From NCBI RefSeq assembly GCF_000829155.1, contig NZ_AP013293.1, positions 1 through 32,000 on the forward strand: a stretch of DNA of 32,000 nt, read 5' to 3'. The notes beneath the pieces were generated by a model that saw only the letters and a program-made list of their open reading frames with translations, ran no database searches and was not told where the DNA came from. Below, one piece after another: positions 9,629 through 20,891 of this stretch (the stretch's first letter is position 1; each line of letters starts with the position of its first letter). The stretch is from Candidatus Karelsulcia muelleri PSPU (GTDB taxonomy: Bacteria > Bacteroidota > Bacteroidia > Flavobacteriales > Blattabacteriaceae). Position numbers and translations under genes: made by a program.

Positions 9629-10699
9629 ATGAAAATATTAAAAAACCCATATTATGGGATATATTTTGGTGATAAATTTTATAAAAAATTAAAAAAAAAA
9701 AAAAAATCAATAAAAATTATTTTAGTAGATTCTTTAACAAAAAAATATTGTTTACATTATTTTTTATATAAAACAGATTTTTTTAAAAAAAAAAAAATTA
9801 TAAAAATCTCCTCAGGAGAGAAAAAAAAAAATATTGAAACTTGTCAAATTATTTGGAAAAAATTAATAAAAATGAATGCAGATAGAAATAGTCTATTTCT
9901 AAATTTAGGAGGAGGAGTAATAACAGATATGGGAGCATTTGCTTGTTCAGTCTTTAAAAGAGGAATAAATTTTATTAATATCCCTACTACTCTTCTTAGT
10001 ATGATAGATGCTTCTATAGGTGGAAAAACAGGTATTAATTTTTTTTCATTAAAAAATGAAATTGGATTATTTAATTTTCCTAAACAAATTATTATTGATA
10101 ATAATTTGTTAAAAACATTATCATTTCCTGAAATGAAATCAGGTTTATCAGAAATAATAAAATATGGATTAATATCAGATATTAATTTATGGAATTTTTT
10201 AAAAAAAAGTATTTTTTTTAAAAAAAAAATAAAATATGATAATAATATTATATATCAATCTATAAAAATAAAAAATTCTATAATAGATAAAGATCCTATA
10301 GAAAAAGGATTAAGAAAAATTTTAAATTTTGGTCATACTATTGGACATGCAATAGAAAGTTATTTTATTTTTAATTTAAAAAAAAAAATTTCCCATGGAC
10401 ATAGTATAGCTATAGGTATGATATGTGAATCTTGGATTTCATATAAAATGAATATGATAAAAAAAAAAGAATTTAAAGAAATATATAATGTTTTATCAAA
10501 AATCTATTCTAAAATAGAAATATATAATAAAGATATAGAAAAAATAATATATTTTATTAAACATGATAAAAAAAATGAAAATAAAAAAATTAAATTTTCT
10601 TTAATTAAAAAATTAGGATATTGTTTATCTAATATTGAAGTAGATAATGAATTAATAAAAAACAGTATAAAAAATAGTAAAATAATTAATTTAATTTAA
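9629..10699 (+). CDS. aroB: 3-dehydroquinate synthase
   Basis: KKKNIETCQIIWKKLI, LNLGGGVITDMGAFACSVFKRGINFINIPTTLLSMIDASIGGKTGINFFSLKNEIGLF, LRKILNFGHTIGHAIES, SHGHSIAIGM. Confidence 0.95.
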   Translation: MKILKNPYYGIYFGDKFYKKLKKKKKSIKIILVDSLTKKYCLHYFLYKTDFFKKKKIIKISSGEKKKNIETCQIIWKKLIKMNADRNSLFLNLGGGVITDMGAFACSVFKRGINFINIPTTLLSMIDASIGGKTGINFFSLKNEIGLFNFPKQIIIDNNLLKTLSFPEMKSGLSEIIKYGLISDINLWNFLKKSIFFKKKIKYDNNIIYQSIKIKNSIIDKDPIEKGLRKILNFGHTIGHAIESYFIFNLKKKISHGHSIAIGMICESWISYKMNMIKKKEFKEIYNVLSKIYSKIEIYNKDIEKIIYFIKHDKKNENKKIKFSLIKKLGYCLSNIEVDNELIKNSIKNSKIINLI

Positions 10700-10705
10700 A
10701 AAAAA

Positions 10706-13105
10706 ATGAAAGAAAAAGAAAAAATTATTACAATAAATATTGAGGATGAAATGAAATCTTCATATATAGATTATTCGATGTCTGTTATTGTTTCAAGAGC
10801 TCTACCTGATGTAAGAGATGGATTAAAACCTGTACATAGACGTGTTTTATATGGTATGTATGAACAAGGAGCGCGTTTTAGTAAAAATTATAGAAAATCT
10901 GCTCGTATTGTGGGAAATGTTTTAGGAAAATATCATCCTCATGGGGATAGTTCAGTATATGATGCTATAGTACGTATGGCCCAAAGTTGGTCTTTACGTT
11001 ATATTTTAATAGATGGTCAAGGTAATTTTGGTTCTATAGATAAGGATCCTCCTGCCGCTATGAGATATACTGAAATTAAACTTAAAAACATATCTGAAGA
11101 TATGTTACTGGATATTGAAAAAGAAACAGTAGATATGAAACTTAATTTTGATGATTCTTGTAAAGAACCGTTAGTTCTACCAACATGTATACCTAATTTA
11201 TTAATTAATGGATCTTCAGGTATAGCTGTTGGAATGGCCACTAATATGCCTCCTCATAATATTGTTGAATCTATAGAAGCTATTTGTTCTTATATAGATA
11301 AACAAAAAATTTCTATAGAAGAACTTATGAAGTATATAAAAGCTCCTGATTTTCCAACAGGTGGAATTATATATGGATATGAAGGTGTAAAAAAGTATTT
11401 TTTAACAGGACGAGGAAAAATCTTTTTAAGATCAAAAGTTCATTTTGAAGAAAAAAATAACCGTATTTGTCTTATTGTTGATGAAATTCCTTATAAAATA
11501 AATAAAGAAGAATTAATAAATAAAACATTAAAATTAGTTAAAGAAGGAAAATTAGAAGGACTTTCTCATATTAGAGATGAATCTGATAGAAATGGAATGA
11601 GAATTGTTTATAATATAAAACAAAATGTTGATAAACAAAGATTATTAAAGAATCTTTTTAAAGAAACTTCTTTAGAAACTTCATTTAATGTTAATAATCT
11701 AGCATTAGTTAATGGAAAACCAACTATACTTAATTTAAAAGATTTAATAAAACATTTTGTAAATCATAGACATGATGTAATTATTCGTAGAACAAAATAT
11801 GATTTAAATAAAGCTAAAAATAGAGCTCATATAATAGAAGGTTTTTATATAGTTTTAAAAAATTTAGAAACTGTAATTGAATTAATTAAATCTTCTAAAG
11901 ATAGAAATGATGCCAAAAAAAAAATTTTAATTAAATATAATTTATCCGAAATACAAGTTCAATCAATTTTAGAATTAAAGTTAAATTCTCTTACTAAATT
12001 AGAAAATAAAAAAATAAAAGAAGAATATATACATATAAGAAAAAAAATTTCTTTTTTTAAAAAAATTATATCTAATAAATTATTACAAAAGAAAATAATA
12101 AAAAAAGAATTAAATATAGTAAAAAAAAAATATGGAGATTTAAGACGTACAGAAATAAATTATTTAGGTTTAGAAAATGAAGTATATAACAATAAATTTG
12201 TTATTACAATAACAAAGACTGGATATATTAAAAAAAATAATTTAAATAAATATAAAATTAAAAATATAGGAGGAATTGAAAATTTATTTACTTATAAATG
12301 TAAAAAAAATAATTTAGAAAAAATTATAATTGCAAAAAATTATCAAGATATACTTTTTTTTTCTGAAAATGGAAAATACTTTTTGTTAAAAGTCTTTAAA
12401 ATACCAGAAGTATTAAAAAAATCAAAAGGTCAAGCTATACAAAATCTTCTTAAGATAAATAAAAAAGAAAAAATATGTTCTTCAATTTTAATTGAAAAAA
12501 ATAAGGATAAAAAATATCTTAATAAGAATTCTGTTATTTTGATTACAAAAAATGGTATAATAAAAAAACAAACACTTATACAATATTACAAAAAAAAAAA
12601 AAAATTAATTAAAATTATAAACAAAGATTATCTTATTGATGCTAAATTAACTAGTGAAATATTAATTGCTTCCAAAAGTGGAAAAATAATTAAATTTGAT
12701 GAATCAACAATTACAAATATTCCATTAAAGTCAAAAAGTGTAACTTTATCAAAAAATGATGATAAAATCATAGACATAATTTGTCTTAATGATTTAAAAA
12801 AAATATATATATTAGGAGTGTCTGAAAAAGTATTTGTAAAAATATCAAATTTACGATATAAAAGTATTTGTAAAGGTCTTAAAAAAATTAATGTAACTCA
12901 TAAAACTGTATTTTTAGTTGCTATTAAAAATGTAATTAATAAAAATGATATAATTATAATTAATAAATATGGGTTAACTTTTCGTATTCCAGTATCAAAA
13001 TTTTTTCTAAGAGGCCGAATAAAGTTAAAATATTATGATAAAATAACATATGTAGCTAAAGTAGAGTATGATAATAGTTTAAATATTTTAATTACGGAAC
13101 GATAA
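10706..13105 (+). CDS. gyrA: DNA gyrase subunit A
   Basis: [83 protein letters not shown]; beta-propeller C-terminal region. Confidence 0.97.
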   Translation: MKEKEKIITINIEDEMKSSYIDYSMSVIVSRALPDVRDGLKPVHRRVLYGMYEQGARFSKNYRKSARIVGNVLGKYHPHGDSSVYDAIVRMAQSWSLRYILIDGQGNFGSIDKDPPAAMRYTEIKLKNISEDMLLDIEKETVDMKLNFDDSCKEPLVLPTCIPNLLINGSSGIAVGMATNMPPHNIVESIEAICSYIDKQKISIEELMKYIKAPDFPTGGIIYGYEGVKKYFLTGRGKIFLRSKVHFEEKNNRICLIVDEIPYKINKEELINKTLKLVKEGKLEGLSHIRDESDRNGMRIVYNIKQNVDKQRLLKNLFKETSLETSFNVNNLALVNGKPTILNLKDLIKHFVNHRHDVIIRRTKYDLNKAKNRAHIIEGFYIVLKNLETVIELIKSSKDRNDAKKKILIKYNLSEIQVQSILELKLNSLTKLENKKIKEEYIHIRKKISFFKKIISNKLLQKKIIKKELNIVKKKYGDLRRTEINYLGLENEVYNNKFVITITKTGYIKKNNLNKYKIKNIGGIENLFTYKCKKNNLEKIIIAKNYQDILFFSENGKYFLLKVFKIPEVLKKSKGQAIQNLLKINKKEKICSSILIEKNKDKKYLNKNSVILITKNGIIKKQTLIQYYKKKKKLIKIINKDYLIDAKLTSEILIASKSGKIIKFDESTITNIPLKSKSVTLSKNDDKIIDIICLNDLKKIYILGVSEKVFVKISNLRYKSICKGLKKINVTHKTVFLVAIKNVINKNDIIIINKYGLTFRIPVSKFFLRGRIKLKYYDKITYVAKVEYDNSLNILITER

Positions 13106-13154
13106 CATTAAAAAATGTTAATTATATTAACTTTATTAATAAATTATAATATAT

Positions 13155-14855
13155 ATGTCTTATAAGACAAAAAAACAAATTTTTTTTTTATTAGAAGATA
13201 TAAAAAATTTAAATAAAAATGAAAAATTATCAATTTTTGATTGGAAATCTTATGAACTTGGTTTAACTAAAAAAGAACAAAAAGAAAGACAAAAAATTGA
13301 AAAATTTTATAATGATACTATTACAAGAATAAATGAATATTATGTATATAATGGAAAAATTATTAAAATAATTGATAGAAATGTTGTTATAGATATTGGA
13401 TTTAAAGCTGAAGGAATAATATTATTAAATGAATTTCGTGAATATAAAAAAAAAACTAAAGTTAATGATATAATTGAAGTAATTGTAGAAAAAATTGATT
13501 ATAAAGGACAATGTATAATTTCTTATAATAAAGCAAAAAAAATAATCTACTGGGAAAGTATACAGAAATCATTTATTAAAAATGAAAAAATAATATTTTT
13601 TGTTATAGCTCGTACAAAAGGAGGTTTAATAGTAATTTTATTTGGAATTGAATGTTTTTTACCAGGATCACAAATAGATATAAAACCTGTAAAAGATTTT
13701 GATTTTTTTGTAGGAAAAATAATTGAAGGAAAAGTCGTAAAAATAAATAATAAAACTAAAAATGTGGTTGTTTCACATAAAATTTTAATAGAAAAAAAAC
13801 TTGAAAAAAGTAAAAAAAAATTAATTTCTATATTAGAAAAAGGTCAAGTTTTAAGAGGAATAGTAAAAAATTTAACCCATTATGGTAGTTTTATAGATGT
13901 AGGTGGTGGAATAGATGGATTATGTCATATTACAGATATAAGTTGGGAAAGAATAGAACATCCTTCAGAAAAATTAGAAATTGGTCAAATAATGAATTTT
14001 GTAATTTTATCAATTGATAATACAAAAAATAGACTTCAACTTGGGTTAAAACAATTACAGTCTCATCCTTGGAATTCTTTAGAAAAAAAAATAAAAACAG
14101 GTGAAATAGTTAAAGGAACAGTAACGGTTATTACAGATTATGGAGCTTTTGTTGAGATTTTTCCAGGTGTAGAAGGATTAGTACATGTATCTGAAATGTC
14201 TTGGGCTCAACAATTAAGATCAGCACAAGATTTTGTAAAAATTGGAGATAAAATAAAAGTATTAATATTAAATTACTCTAATTCAGAAAAAAAAATGTCT
14301 TTAAGTATGAAAAGACTTACACATGATCCATGGGAAAATATAGAAAACAAATATAAATTAGGATCAATCCATATTGGTACTGTTAAAAGATTTAACAAAA
14401 TTGGCGTTCGTTTAGAATTAGAAGCAGGAATAGAAGGGTTATTATACACTTCTGATATATCATGGATAAAAAAACTAAAAAAGTCTTCGGAGATATATAA
14501 AAAAGGAGATTTAGTTAAAGTAATTGTGTTAGGTTTAGATGTAATTACACGTAGACTTAATTTAGGTTGTAAACAATTAATACAAAATCCTTGGGAAAAA
14601 ATTAAAAAAGAATCGACTCTAGGTAGTATCAAGACTGGAAAAATTATAAAAATTTTAAAAAAAGGAGTTATAGTTAAATTTAATAAGATAATTATAGGAG
14701 CTTTTGCTCCTATTCGTTTTTTTAAAACTTTAAAGTTAATAAAAAATAAAATAAATTTAATAGAATTTAAAAAATTAGAATATAATAAAAAATTAAAAAT
14801 AATTTATGTTTCTAATCCAGAAATAATTAGAAAAAAAGAAAAATTTTCTATATGA
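13155..14855 (+). CDS. rpsA: 30S ribosomal protein S1 (multiple S1/OB domains)
   Basis: Repeated S1 motifs: GQVLRGIVKNLTHYGSFIDVGGGIDGLCHITDISWERIEHP, GEIVKGTVTVITDYGAFVEIFPGVEGLVHVSEMSW, GSIHIGTVKRFNKIGVRLELEAGIEGLLYTSDISWIKK. Confidence 0.95.
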   Translation: MSYKTKKQIFFLLEDIKNLNKNEKLSIFDWKSYELGLTKKEQKERQKIEKFYNDTITRINEYYVYNGKIIKIIDRNVVIDIGFKAEGIILLNEFREYKKKTKVNDIIEVIVEKIDYKGQCIISYNKAKKIIYWESIQKSFIKNEKIIFFVIARTKGGLIVILFGIECFLPGSQIDIKPVKDFDFFVGKIIEGKVVKINNKTKNVVVSHKILIEKKLEKSKKKLISILEKGQVLRGIVKNLTHYGSFIDVGGGIDGLCHITDISWERIEHPSEKLEIGQIMNFVILSIDNTKNRLQLGLKQLQSHPWNSLEKKIKTGEIVKGTVTVITDYGAFVEIFPGVEGLVHVSEMSWAQQLRSAQDFVKIGDKIKVLILNYSNSEKKMSLSMKRLTHDPWENIENKYKLGSIHIGTVKRFNKIGVRLELEAGIEGLLYTSDISWIKKLKKSSEIYKKGDLVKVIVLGLDVITRRLNLGCKQLIQNPWEKIKKESTLGSIKTGKIIKILKKGVIVKFNKIIIGAFAPIRFFKTLKLIKNKINLIEFKKLEYNKKLKIIYVSNPEIIRKKEKFSI

Positions 14856-16117
14856 ATATTCCCCATACTAATTTAACCAGAGTCGTCATTATTGGATCCG
14901 GATTTGGGGGTTTACAAGTAGCCATTAAACTTAATAAAAAATTATTTCAAATTGTTTTAATAGATAAAAATAATTATCATACATTTCAACCTCTTTTATA
15001 TCAAGTAGCTACATTTGGGCTGGAACCGGATGCCATAGCAAAATCAATAAGAACTATTATAAATAAATATGATAATTTTTTTTTACGTTTAGCTAAAGTC
15101 TATTTTATTAATAAAATAAATAAAATTCTTTATTCCAATATGGGGGAATTATATTATGATTATTTAATTATAGCTACTGGATCTAAAACAAATTTTTTTG
15201 GTAAAAAAAAAATTGAAAAATATTCATTTCCTATGAAAAATATTGGAGAAGCTTTAAATTTACGTAATTGTATATTACATAATTTTGAAGATGCTTTATC
15301 CATAAAAAAAAAAATAAATTTTGTTATTGTTGGTGGAGGTCCAACAGGAGTTGAGTTAGCAGGATCATTAGCAGAATTAAAACATTACATCTTACCGAGA
15401 GATTATCCAGAATTAGATTTGTCTAAAATTAAAATTAATTTAATTCAAGCTACTGAAAAATTATTAGATGGAATGTCCAAATATTCTTCTAACATAGCCT
15501 TAAAATATATTAAGAAAATGGGGGTAAATGTTTGGTTAAATAATCCAGTCATAGATTTTGATGGAAAAAAAATTTTCACAAAAAAAGGCAAATTCAAATC
15601 ATATAATGTCATTTGGGCTGCAGGTGTTAAAGGTGCTCTAATAAAGGGATTAGGAGAAAAATTTTTAGGAAATAATCGTCTTATAGTAGATGTATATAAT
15701 CAAGTACAAGGAATTTATAATTTATTTGCAATAGGAGATGTTGCAATTATAAAAGGAGATGAAGAATATCCAAATGGTCATCCTATGGTTGCATTACCTG
15801 CTATTCAACAAGGAATTCATTTAGCCTTAAATTTTAATAGATTTTTGGTTAAAAAAAAAATAAAACCTTTCAAATTTAAAAATAAAGGTTCTATGGCAAT
15901 TATATGTAGAAATAAAGCTGTATGTGATTTTTTCAATTTTCCATTAAGTGGATTTTATGCATGGATTATATGGATGTTTATACATTTAATTAAAATTGTA
16001 GGGTTTAGAAATAAATTATTAACATTAATAAATTGGATTACACAATATAAAAATTATAATAAAAGTATTAGTATTTTAATCCGTCCATCTGTTAAATATA
16101 ACAAATTTATAAATTAA
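14852..16117 (+). CDS. ndh: Type II NADH dehydrogenase (NDH-2; FAD-dependent NADH:quinone oxidoreductase)
   Basis: [114 protein letters not shown] overlaps the rpsA stop (ATGA). Confidence 0.9.
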   Translation: MNIPHTNLTRVVIIGSGFGGLQVAIKLNKKLFQIVLIDKNNYHTFQPLLYQVATFGLEPDAIAKSIRTIINKYDNFFLRLAKVYFINKINKILYSNMGELYYDYLIIATGSKTNFFGKKKIEKYSFPMKNIGEALNLRNCILHNFEDALSIKKKINFVIVGGGPTGVELAGSLAELKHYILPRDYPELDLSKIKINLIQATEKLLDGMSKYSSNIALKYIKKMGVNVWLNNPVIDFDGKKIFTKKGKFKSYNVIWAAGVKGALIKGLGEKFLGNNRLIVDVYNQVQGIYNLFAIGDVAIIKGDEEYPNGHPMVALPAIQQGIHLALNFNRFLVKKKIKPFKFKNKGSMAIICRNKAVCDFFNFPLSGFYAWIIWMFIHLIKIVGFRNKLLTLINWITQYKNYNKSISILIRPSVKYNKFIN

Positions 16118-17177
16118 GAAAAAATTCTTTGTTATTTTTGGTATTAATTATACGAAATTTGATATATTCCATAGCTTCTACAGGAGTCATATCAGAAAAA
16201 CGTTTTCTTAAAAGAAAAATTTGGTTTAATGTATTTTTATTTAATAATAATTCCTCTTTTCTTGTACTAGAAGCAATTAAGTCTATAGCTGGATAGATTC
16301 TTTTATTAGCAATTTTTCTATCTAATTGTAGTTCCATATTACCTGTTCCTTTAAATTCTTCAAATATTACTTCATCCATTTTTGATCCAGTTTCTATAAT
16401 TGCTGTAGCAATTATAGATAGAGACCCACCATATTCAATATTTCTAGCTGCCCCAAAAAATCTTTTAGGTTTATGTAATGCGTTAGAATCAACTCCTCCT
16501 GATAAAACTTTTCCAGATGTAGGAGAAACAGTATTATATGCTCTAGCTAAACGTGTTATAGAATCTAATAATATTACTACATCATGCCCACATTCAACCA
16601 TTCTTTTTGCTTTTTGTAAAACGAGATTAGCCACTTTTACATGTTTTTCTGCTGGTTCATCAAAAGTTGATGATACTACTTCACCATTTACGTTTCTTTG
16701 CATATCTGTAACTTCTTCTGGTCTTTCATCTATTAAAAGTATTAATAAGTATACTTCTGGATGATTATAAGCTATTGTATTGGCTATTTCTTTTAATAAA
16801 GTTGTTTTTCCAGTTTTAGGAGGTGCTACTATAATTCCTCTTTGTCCTTTTCCTATAGGAGCAAATAAATCTATAATTCTTGTAGAAATAGTTTTGTTTT
16901 TACCTGAAATTTTAAATTTTTTATTAGGAAATAATGGAGTTAAATCTTCAAAAGACTTTCTAAATTTTAAATAAGAAGGGAAACGTCCATTTACTTTAAA
17001 AATTCTTATTAAAGTAAAATATTTTTCTCCTTTTTTCGTAGGACGAACTTCTCCTATGATAGTATCACCAGTTTTCAATTTAAAAAGTCTTATTTGAGAT
17101 GGTGATACGTAAATATCATCAGATGATGATAAATAATTAAAATAAGAAAATCTTAAAAATCCATAATTTTCAGGCAT
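16107..17177 (-). CDS. rho: Transcription termination factor Rho; true 5' end probably upstream of the first ATG
   Basis: [154 protein letters not shown]. Confidence 0.96.
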   Translation of the reverse strand: MPENYGFLRFSYFNYLSSSDDIYVSPSQIRLFKLKTGDTIIGEVRPTKKGEKYFTLIRIFKVNGRFPSYLKFRKSFEDLTPLFPNKKFKISGKNKTISTRIIDLFAPIGKGQRGIIVAPPKTGKTTLLKEIANTIAYNHPEVYLLILLIDERPEEVTDMQRNVNGEVVSSTFDEPAEKHVKVANLVLQKAKRMVECGHDVVILLDSITRLARAYNTVSPTSGKVLSGGVDSNALHKPKRFFGAARNIEYGGSLSIIATAIIETGSKMDEVIFEEFKGTGNMELQLDRKIANKRIYPAIDLIASSTRKEELLLNKNTLNQIFLLRKRFSDMTPVEAMEYIKFRIINTKNNKEFFLNL

Positions 17178-17540
17178 TTTTTCTAAAACTCCTTCACTAA
17201 TTACAAGTCCTTCAAATTTATAATTTGGATTAATAAATTTATTATAATCATTTTTTTTATAAAAAACCCAATTATATTTTAAATTAAAAAACTTTTTTTG
17301 TTTATAAAAAAAAACTGATATTTTCAGTTAAAAAAACTAAAAAATCTTTTCTTTATAAGAACAATGATTCTATTTTTTTTAATAAAAAAAATATAATTCA
17401 TATAAAATTAATAATAATATCATTTGGATGTAAATATAATACATTATTTAAATGTGAATTTTTTTTTATTTAAGATTATACATAATTAAAACAAAAGAAA
17501 TATTAACTTTTATTTATAAAAAATCCTTATCATCATCAAA

Positions 17541-18608
17541 ATGATTAAAATTGATAATTTTTTTTTAAAAAAAATAGAATCTATAAAAAAAAGATTTTCT
17601 GAATTATATTCTTTAATAATAAAACCTGATATTATACATAATAATAAAAATTATATTAAAATATATAAAGAATATAAAAATATAAATAAAATAATTAATT
17701 ATTATAATAATTATAAAAAAAAGCTAAAAAATTTAAAAGAAATAGAAAATTTAATAAAATTAGATTCCGATAAAGAATTTTTAGAATTAGCTAATATTGA
17801 TAAAAAATCTCAAATATTAGAATTAAAATTAATATTAAAAAAAATTAAAATTTTTTTTGAAAATAAAAATAATAATAAAAATGCTCTAATGGAATTAAGG
17901 GCAGGAACAGGAGGAGATGAAGCATGTATTTTTGTAGAAGATATATTTCGAATGTATACTATGTATTTTAAAGAATTATGTTGGAATTATGAAATATTAA
18001 ACATGCAGCATGGTCCAATAAAAGGATATAAAGAAATAATATTAGAAATACAAGGTCAAAATGTATATGGAACATTAAAATTCGAATCAGGTGTACATAG
18101 AGTACAGAGAGTTCCATATACTGAATCACAAGGTAGATTACATACATCTGCAATAACAGTAGCTATTTTTCCAGAAGAAGATTCTAAAAAAAATATCAAT
18201 CTAATTTTATCAGATATAAAAAGAGATACTTTTAGAGCAAGTGGGGCAGGAGGTCAACATGTTAATAAAACAGAATCTGCAATACGTTTAACTCATATAC
18301 CTACTGGTATAATAGCAGAATGTCAAGAAGAACGTTCACAACATAAAAATTATGAAAAAGCAATTAAAGTTTTACGTGCTAGAATTTATCAATCAGAATT
18401 AAATAAAAAAAATGAAAAACTTTCTAAAGAAAGAAAAGATCTTATATCTACAGGTGATAGGTCTGCAAAAATAAGAACATATAATTATCCTCAAGGAAGA
18501 GTAACAGATCATCGTATAAATAAATCAATCTATAATTTAGATCATTTCATGAATGGTCAAATAAATGAAATGATAACAGCTCTTAAAATTCTTGAAAGAA
18601 ATAATTAA
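17541..18608 (+). CDS. prfA: Peptide chain release factor 1
   Basis: [53 protein letters not shown] motif [26 protein letters not shown]. Confidence 0.96.
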   Translation: MIKIDNFFLKKIESIKKRFSELYSLIIKPDIIHNNKNYIKIYKEYKNINKIINYYNNYKKKLKNLKEIENLIKLDSDKEFLELANIDKKSQILELKLILKKIKIFFENKNNNKNALMELRAGTGGDEACIFVEDIFRMYTMYFKELCWNYEILNMQHGPIKGYKEIILEIQGQNVYGTLKFESGVHRVQRVPYTESQGRLHTSAITVAIFPEEDSKKNINLILSDIKRDTFRASGAGGQHVNKTESAIRLTHIPTGIIAECQEERSQHKNYEKAIKVLRARIYQSELNKKNEKLSKERKDLISTGDRSAKIRTYNYPQGRVTDHRINKSIYNLDHFMNGQINEMITALKILERNN

Positions 18609-18617
18609 TTATATTAT

Positions 18618-18749
18618 ATGTTACATAAATTTTTAGGTTTTCTATTATTTTTCTTAATAAGTATATCTGGTTTTTGGTGTATAATATTTTTTGCAATTAT
18701 TATTCCATATTGGATAATTCTTTATTTAGTAAAAAAAAAATTTAAATGA
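18618..18749 (+). CDS. Putative 43-aa single-pass or hairpin membrane microprotein (unknown function)
   Basis: Hand-read ORF MLHKFLGFLLFFLISISGFWCIIFFAIIPYWIILFYLVKKKFK; hydrophobic core with basic tail, fills the prfA-aspS gap, not in the supplied ORF track. Confidence 0.5.
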   Translation: MLHKFLGFLLFFLISISGFWCIIFFAIIIPYWIILYLVKKKFK

Positions 18750-18772
18750 AATTTCTTATTTTTAAGTTCTTT

Positions 18773-20431
18773 TTATTCTCTCTTAGAAGGAGATTCTATC
18801 ATTAAATCTTTTCCATCCTGACCTTTAGGGAATGCAATAAAATCACGTATATTCTCTTTGTAAGCAAAAACAGAAATTAATCTATCTAATCCAAAGGCAA
18901 TTCCTCCATGGGGAGGAGCTCCATATTTAAAAGATTTTATTAAAAATCCAAATTCTTTTTCTATTTTTTTTTTAGAAAAACCTAAATGATTAAATATAAT
19001 TTTTTGTATTTTATTATTATTAATACGTATTGATCCTCCACCAATTTCTTTTCCATTAATAACAAGATCATAAGATTTTGATTTAATTTTTTCGGGATTT
19101 TCTTTTAAAAATTTAATATCTATAATCTCTGGAGAGGTAAATGGATGATGTAAAGAATTATAACATGATTTTTCTTTATTCCATTTAAAATATGGAAAAT
19201 TTATTATCCATAAAGGGGAAAATATTTTATTTTTTATTAAATTTAAACGTTTTGACATTTTTATACGAAATAAACCTAAGTTTTTTACTATTATATTTTT
19301 TTCACCTAATAATATTATTAATAAATCTCCACATTTTGAATTAATACGTTTAGCCCAATTTTTAATTAAATTAATATTAATTTCTATAGAAGATTTAAAT
19401 TTCTCTTTTTTAAGATATTTTATCCAAATTAATTGTTTAATTTTTTTTTTTTTAAAAAAAAATAATATTTCTTCTATTATTTTATAATTAAAACAAACAG
19501 GAAGAGATATACCCATTATATATTCTTTTTGATTTGAAAAATCATTTAATTCAAATAATTTCATATCAAAACGTATATCAGGTTTATCTGAACCATATTT
19601 ATTCATGGCTTCTTCGTATGTTAAAATTGGAAATTTATTTAAATTTATTCCTTTTATTTTTTTTAATAAAAAATGTATAAATTTTTCAAAAATATTTAAT
19701 ATATCATTTTCATCTACAAAAGACATTTCACAATCAATTTGTGTAAATTCAGGTTGACGATCTGATCTAAAATCTTCATCACGAAAACATTTAACAATTT
19801 GAAAATATTTATCTATACCCCCTATCATAAGTAATTGTTTAAATAATTGAGGAGATTGAGATAAAGAATAAAAAAAACCCGGTTTTTTTCTATAAGGAAC
19901 ATAAAAATTTCTTGCACCATCAGTTGTTGGATTAATAAGTATAGGAGTTTCTATTTCAAGAAAATTTTCTTTTAAAAAAAAATTTCTTATTTCTATATAT
20001 AGATTATGACGAAGTATAATATTATTTTTAATAATATCTCTACGTATATCTAAATATCTATATTTCATTCTAATATCTTCATTTCCATCAGTGTTATTTT
20101 CAATTTGAAAAGGAGGTACCAAAGAATTATTTAATATTTTTAATTTTTTAACTAAAATTTCGATTTCTCCTGTAGGATTTTTAAAATTTTTTGAGAATCT
20201 TTCTATTACTTGACCTTCAACTTTAATAACAAATTCCCTTCCTAAATTATTTATTTTTTTTTTATTATTAAAATAATTAATTAAATTTAATTGTGTTATT
20301 CCATACATATCTCTTAGATCTATAAATATTATAGATCCTAAATTTCTAATTTTTTTAATCCATCCAGACATTATCACGTTTTTACCTACGTCTTTTAAAC
20401 GTAATACTCCACAATTATTTGTTCTATACAT
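18773..20431 (-). CDS. aspS: Aspartate--tRNA ligase
   Basis: VIMSGWIKKIRNLGSIIFIDLRD, EDIRMKYRYLDIRRD, NFLEIETPILINPTTDGARNFYVPYR, FYSLSQSPQLFKQLLMIGGIDKYFQIVKCFRDED, FRSDRQPEFTQIDCEMSFV, GGGSIRINN, GAPPHGGIAFGLDRLI. Confidence 0.96.
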   Translation of the reverse strand: MYRTNNCGVLRLKDVGKNVIMSGWIKKIRNLGSIIFIDLRDMYGITQLNLINYFNNKKKINNLGREFVIKVEGQVIERFSKNFKNPTGEIEILVKKLKILNNSLVPPFQIENNTDGNEDIRMKYRYLDIRRDIIKNNIILRHNLYIEIRNFFLKENFLEIETPILINPTTDGARNFYVPYRKKPGFFYSLSQSPQLFKQLLMIGGIDKYFQIVKCFRDEDFRSDRQPEFTQIDCEMSFVDENDILNIFEKFIHFLLKKIKGINLNKFPILTYEEAMNKYGSDKPDIRFDMKLFELNDFSNQKEYIMGISLPVCFNYKIIEEILFFFKKKKIKQLIWIKYLKKEKFKSSIEININLIKNWAKRINSKCGDLLIILLGEKNIIVKNLGLFRIKMSKRLNLIKNKIFSPLWIINFPYFKWNKEKSCYNSLHHPFTSPEIIDIKFLKENPEKIKSKSYDLVINGKEIGGGSIRINNNKIQKIIFNHLGFSKKKIEKEFGFLIKSFKYGAPPHGGIAFGLDRLISVFAYKENIRDFIAFPKGQDGKDLMIESPSKRE

Positions 20432-20474
20432 AATTATATTATATTATTATTATATATAAATAAATAATAATTTT

Positions 20475-20891
20475 ATGAAAAAAATAGCAATAATAAATGG
20501 CCCAAATTTAAATCTTTTAGGTAAAAGAGAACCAGAATTATATGGTAATAAAAAAATTGAAGAACATCTTTTGATTTTAAAAAAATCTATTAAGGCTAAT
20601 ATTTTTTTATATCAAAGTAATTATGAATGTGAAATTATTGATATATTACATTATATAGGTTTTGAATACCATGGTATTATAATTAATCCAGGTGCATATA
20701 CTCATACTTCTCTTGCTATAGCAGATGCTATAAAATCTATATCTACTCCTGTAATTGAAGTTCATATTACAAATATATTTTGTAGAGAAAAAATTAGAAA
20801 TAAATCATTGATTACAGAAGTATGCAAAGGCAGTATATTTGGATTGGGTTTAAAATCTTATGATTTAGGAATATTTAGTTTCCTTTATTAA
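20475..20891 (+). CDS. aroQ: 3-dehydroquinate dehydratase, type II
   Basis: IINGPNLNLLGKREPELYG, YQSNYECEIIDILH, GIIINPGAYTHTSLAIADAI, PVIEVHITNIFCREKIRNKSLI, GLGLKSYDLGIFSF. Confidence 0.95.
   Translation: MKKIAIINGPNLNLLGKREPELYGNKKIEEHLLILKKSIKANIFLYQSNYECEIIDILHYIGFEYHGIIINPGAYTHTSLAIADAIKSISTPVIEVHITNIFCREKIRNKSLITEVCKGSIFGLGLKSYDLGIFSFLY

Noticed and set aside
11017-11241. 74-aa minus-strand ORF (track)
   Set aside because: Antisense to the conserved gyrA active-site region.
10705-13105. gyrA quinolone-resistance substitutions
   Set aside because: [10 protein letters not shown] keeps the susceptible-type Ser and Asp positions; nothing unusual.
14273-14632. 119-aa minus-strand ORF (track)
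   Set aside because: Antisense to rpsA S1 repeats; no independent motif.
16780-16974. 64-aa plus-strand ORF (track)
   Set aside because: Antisense to the rho P-loop region.
17968-18153. 61-aa minus-strand ORF (track)
   Set aside because: Antisense to prfA; no recognisable motif.
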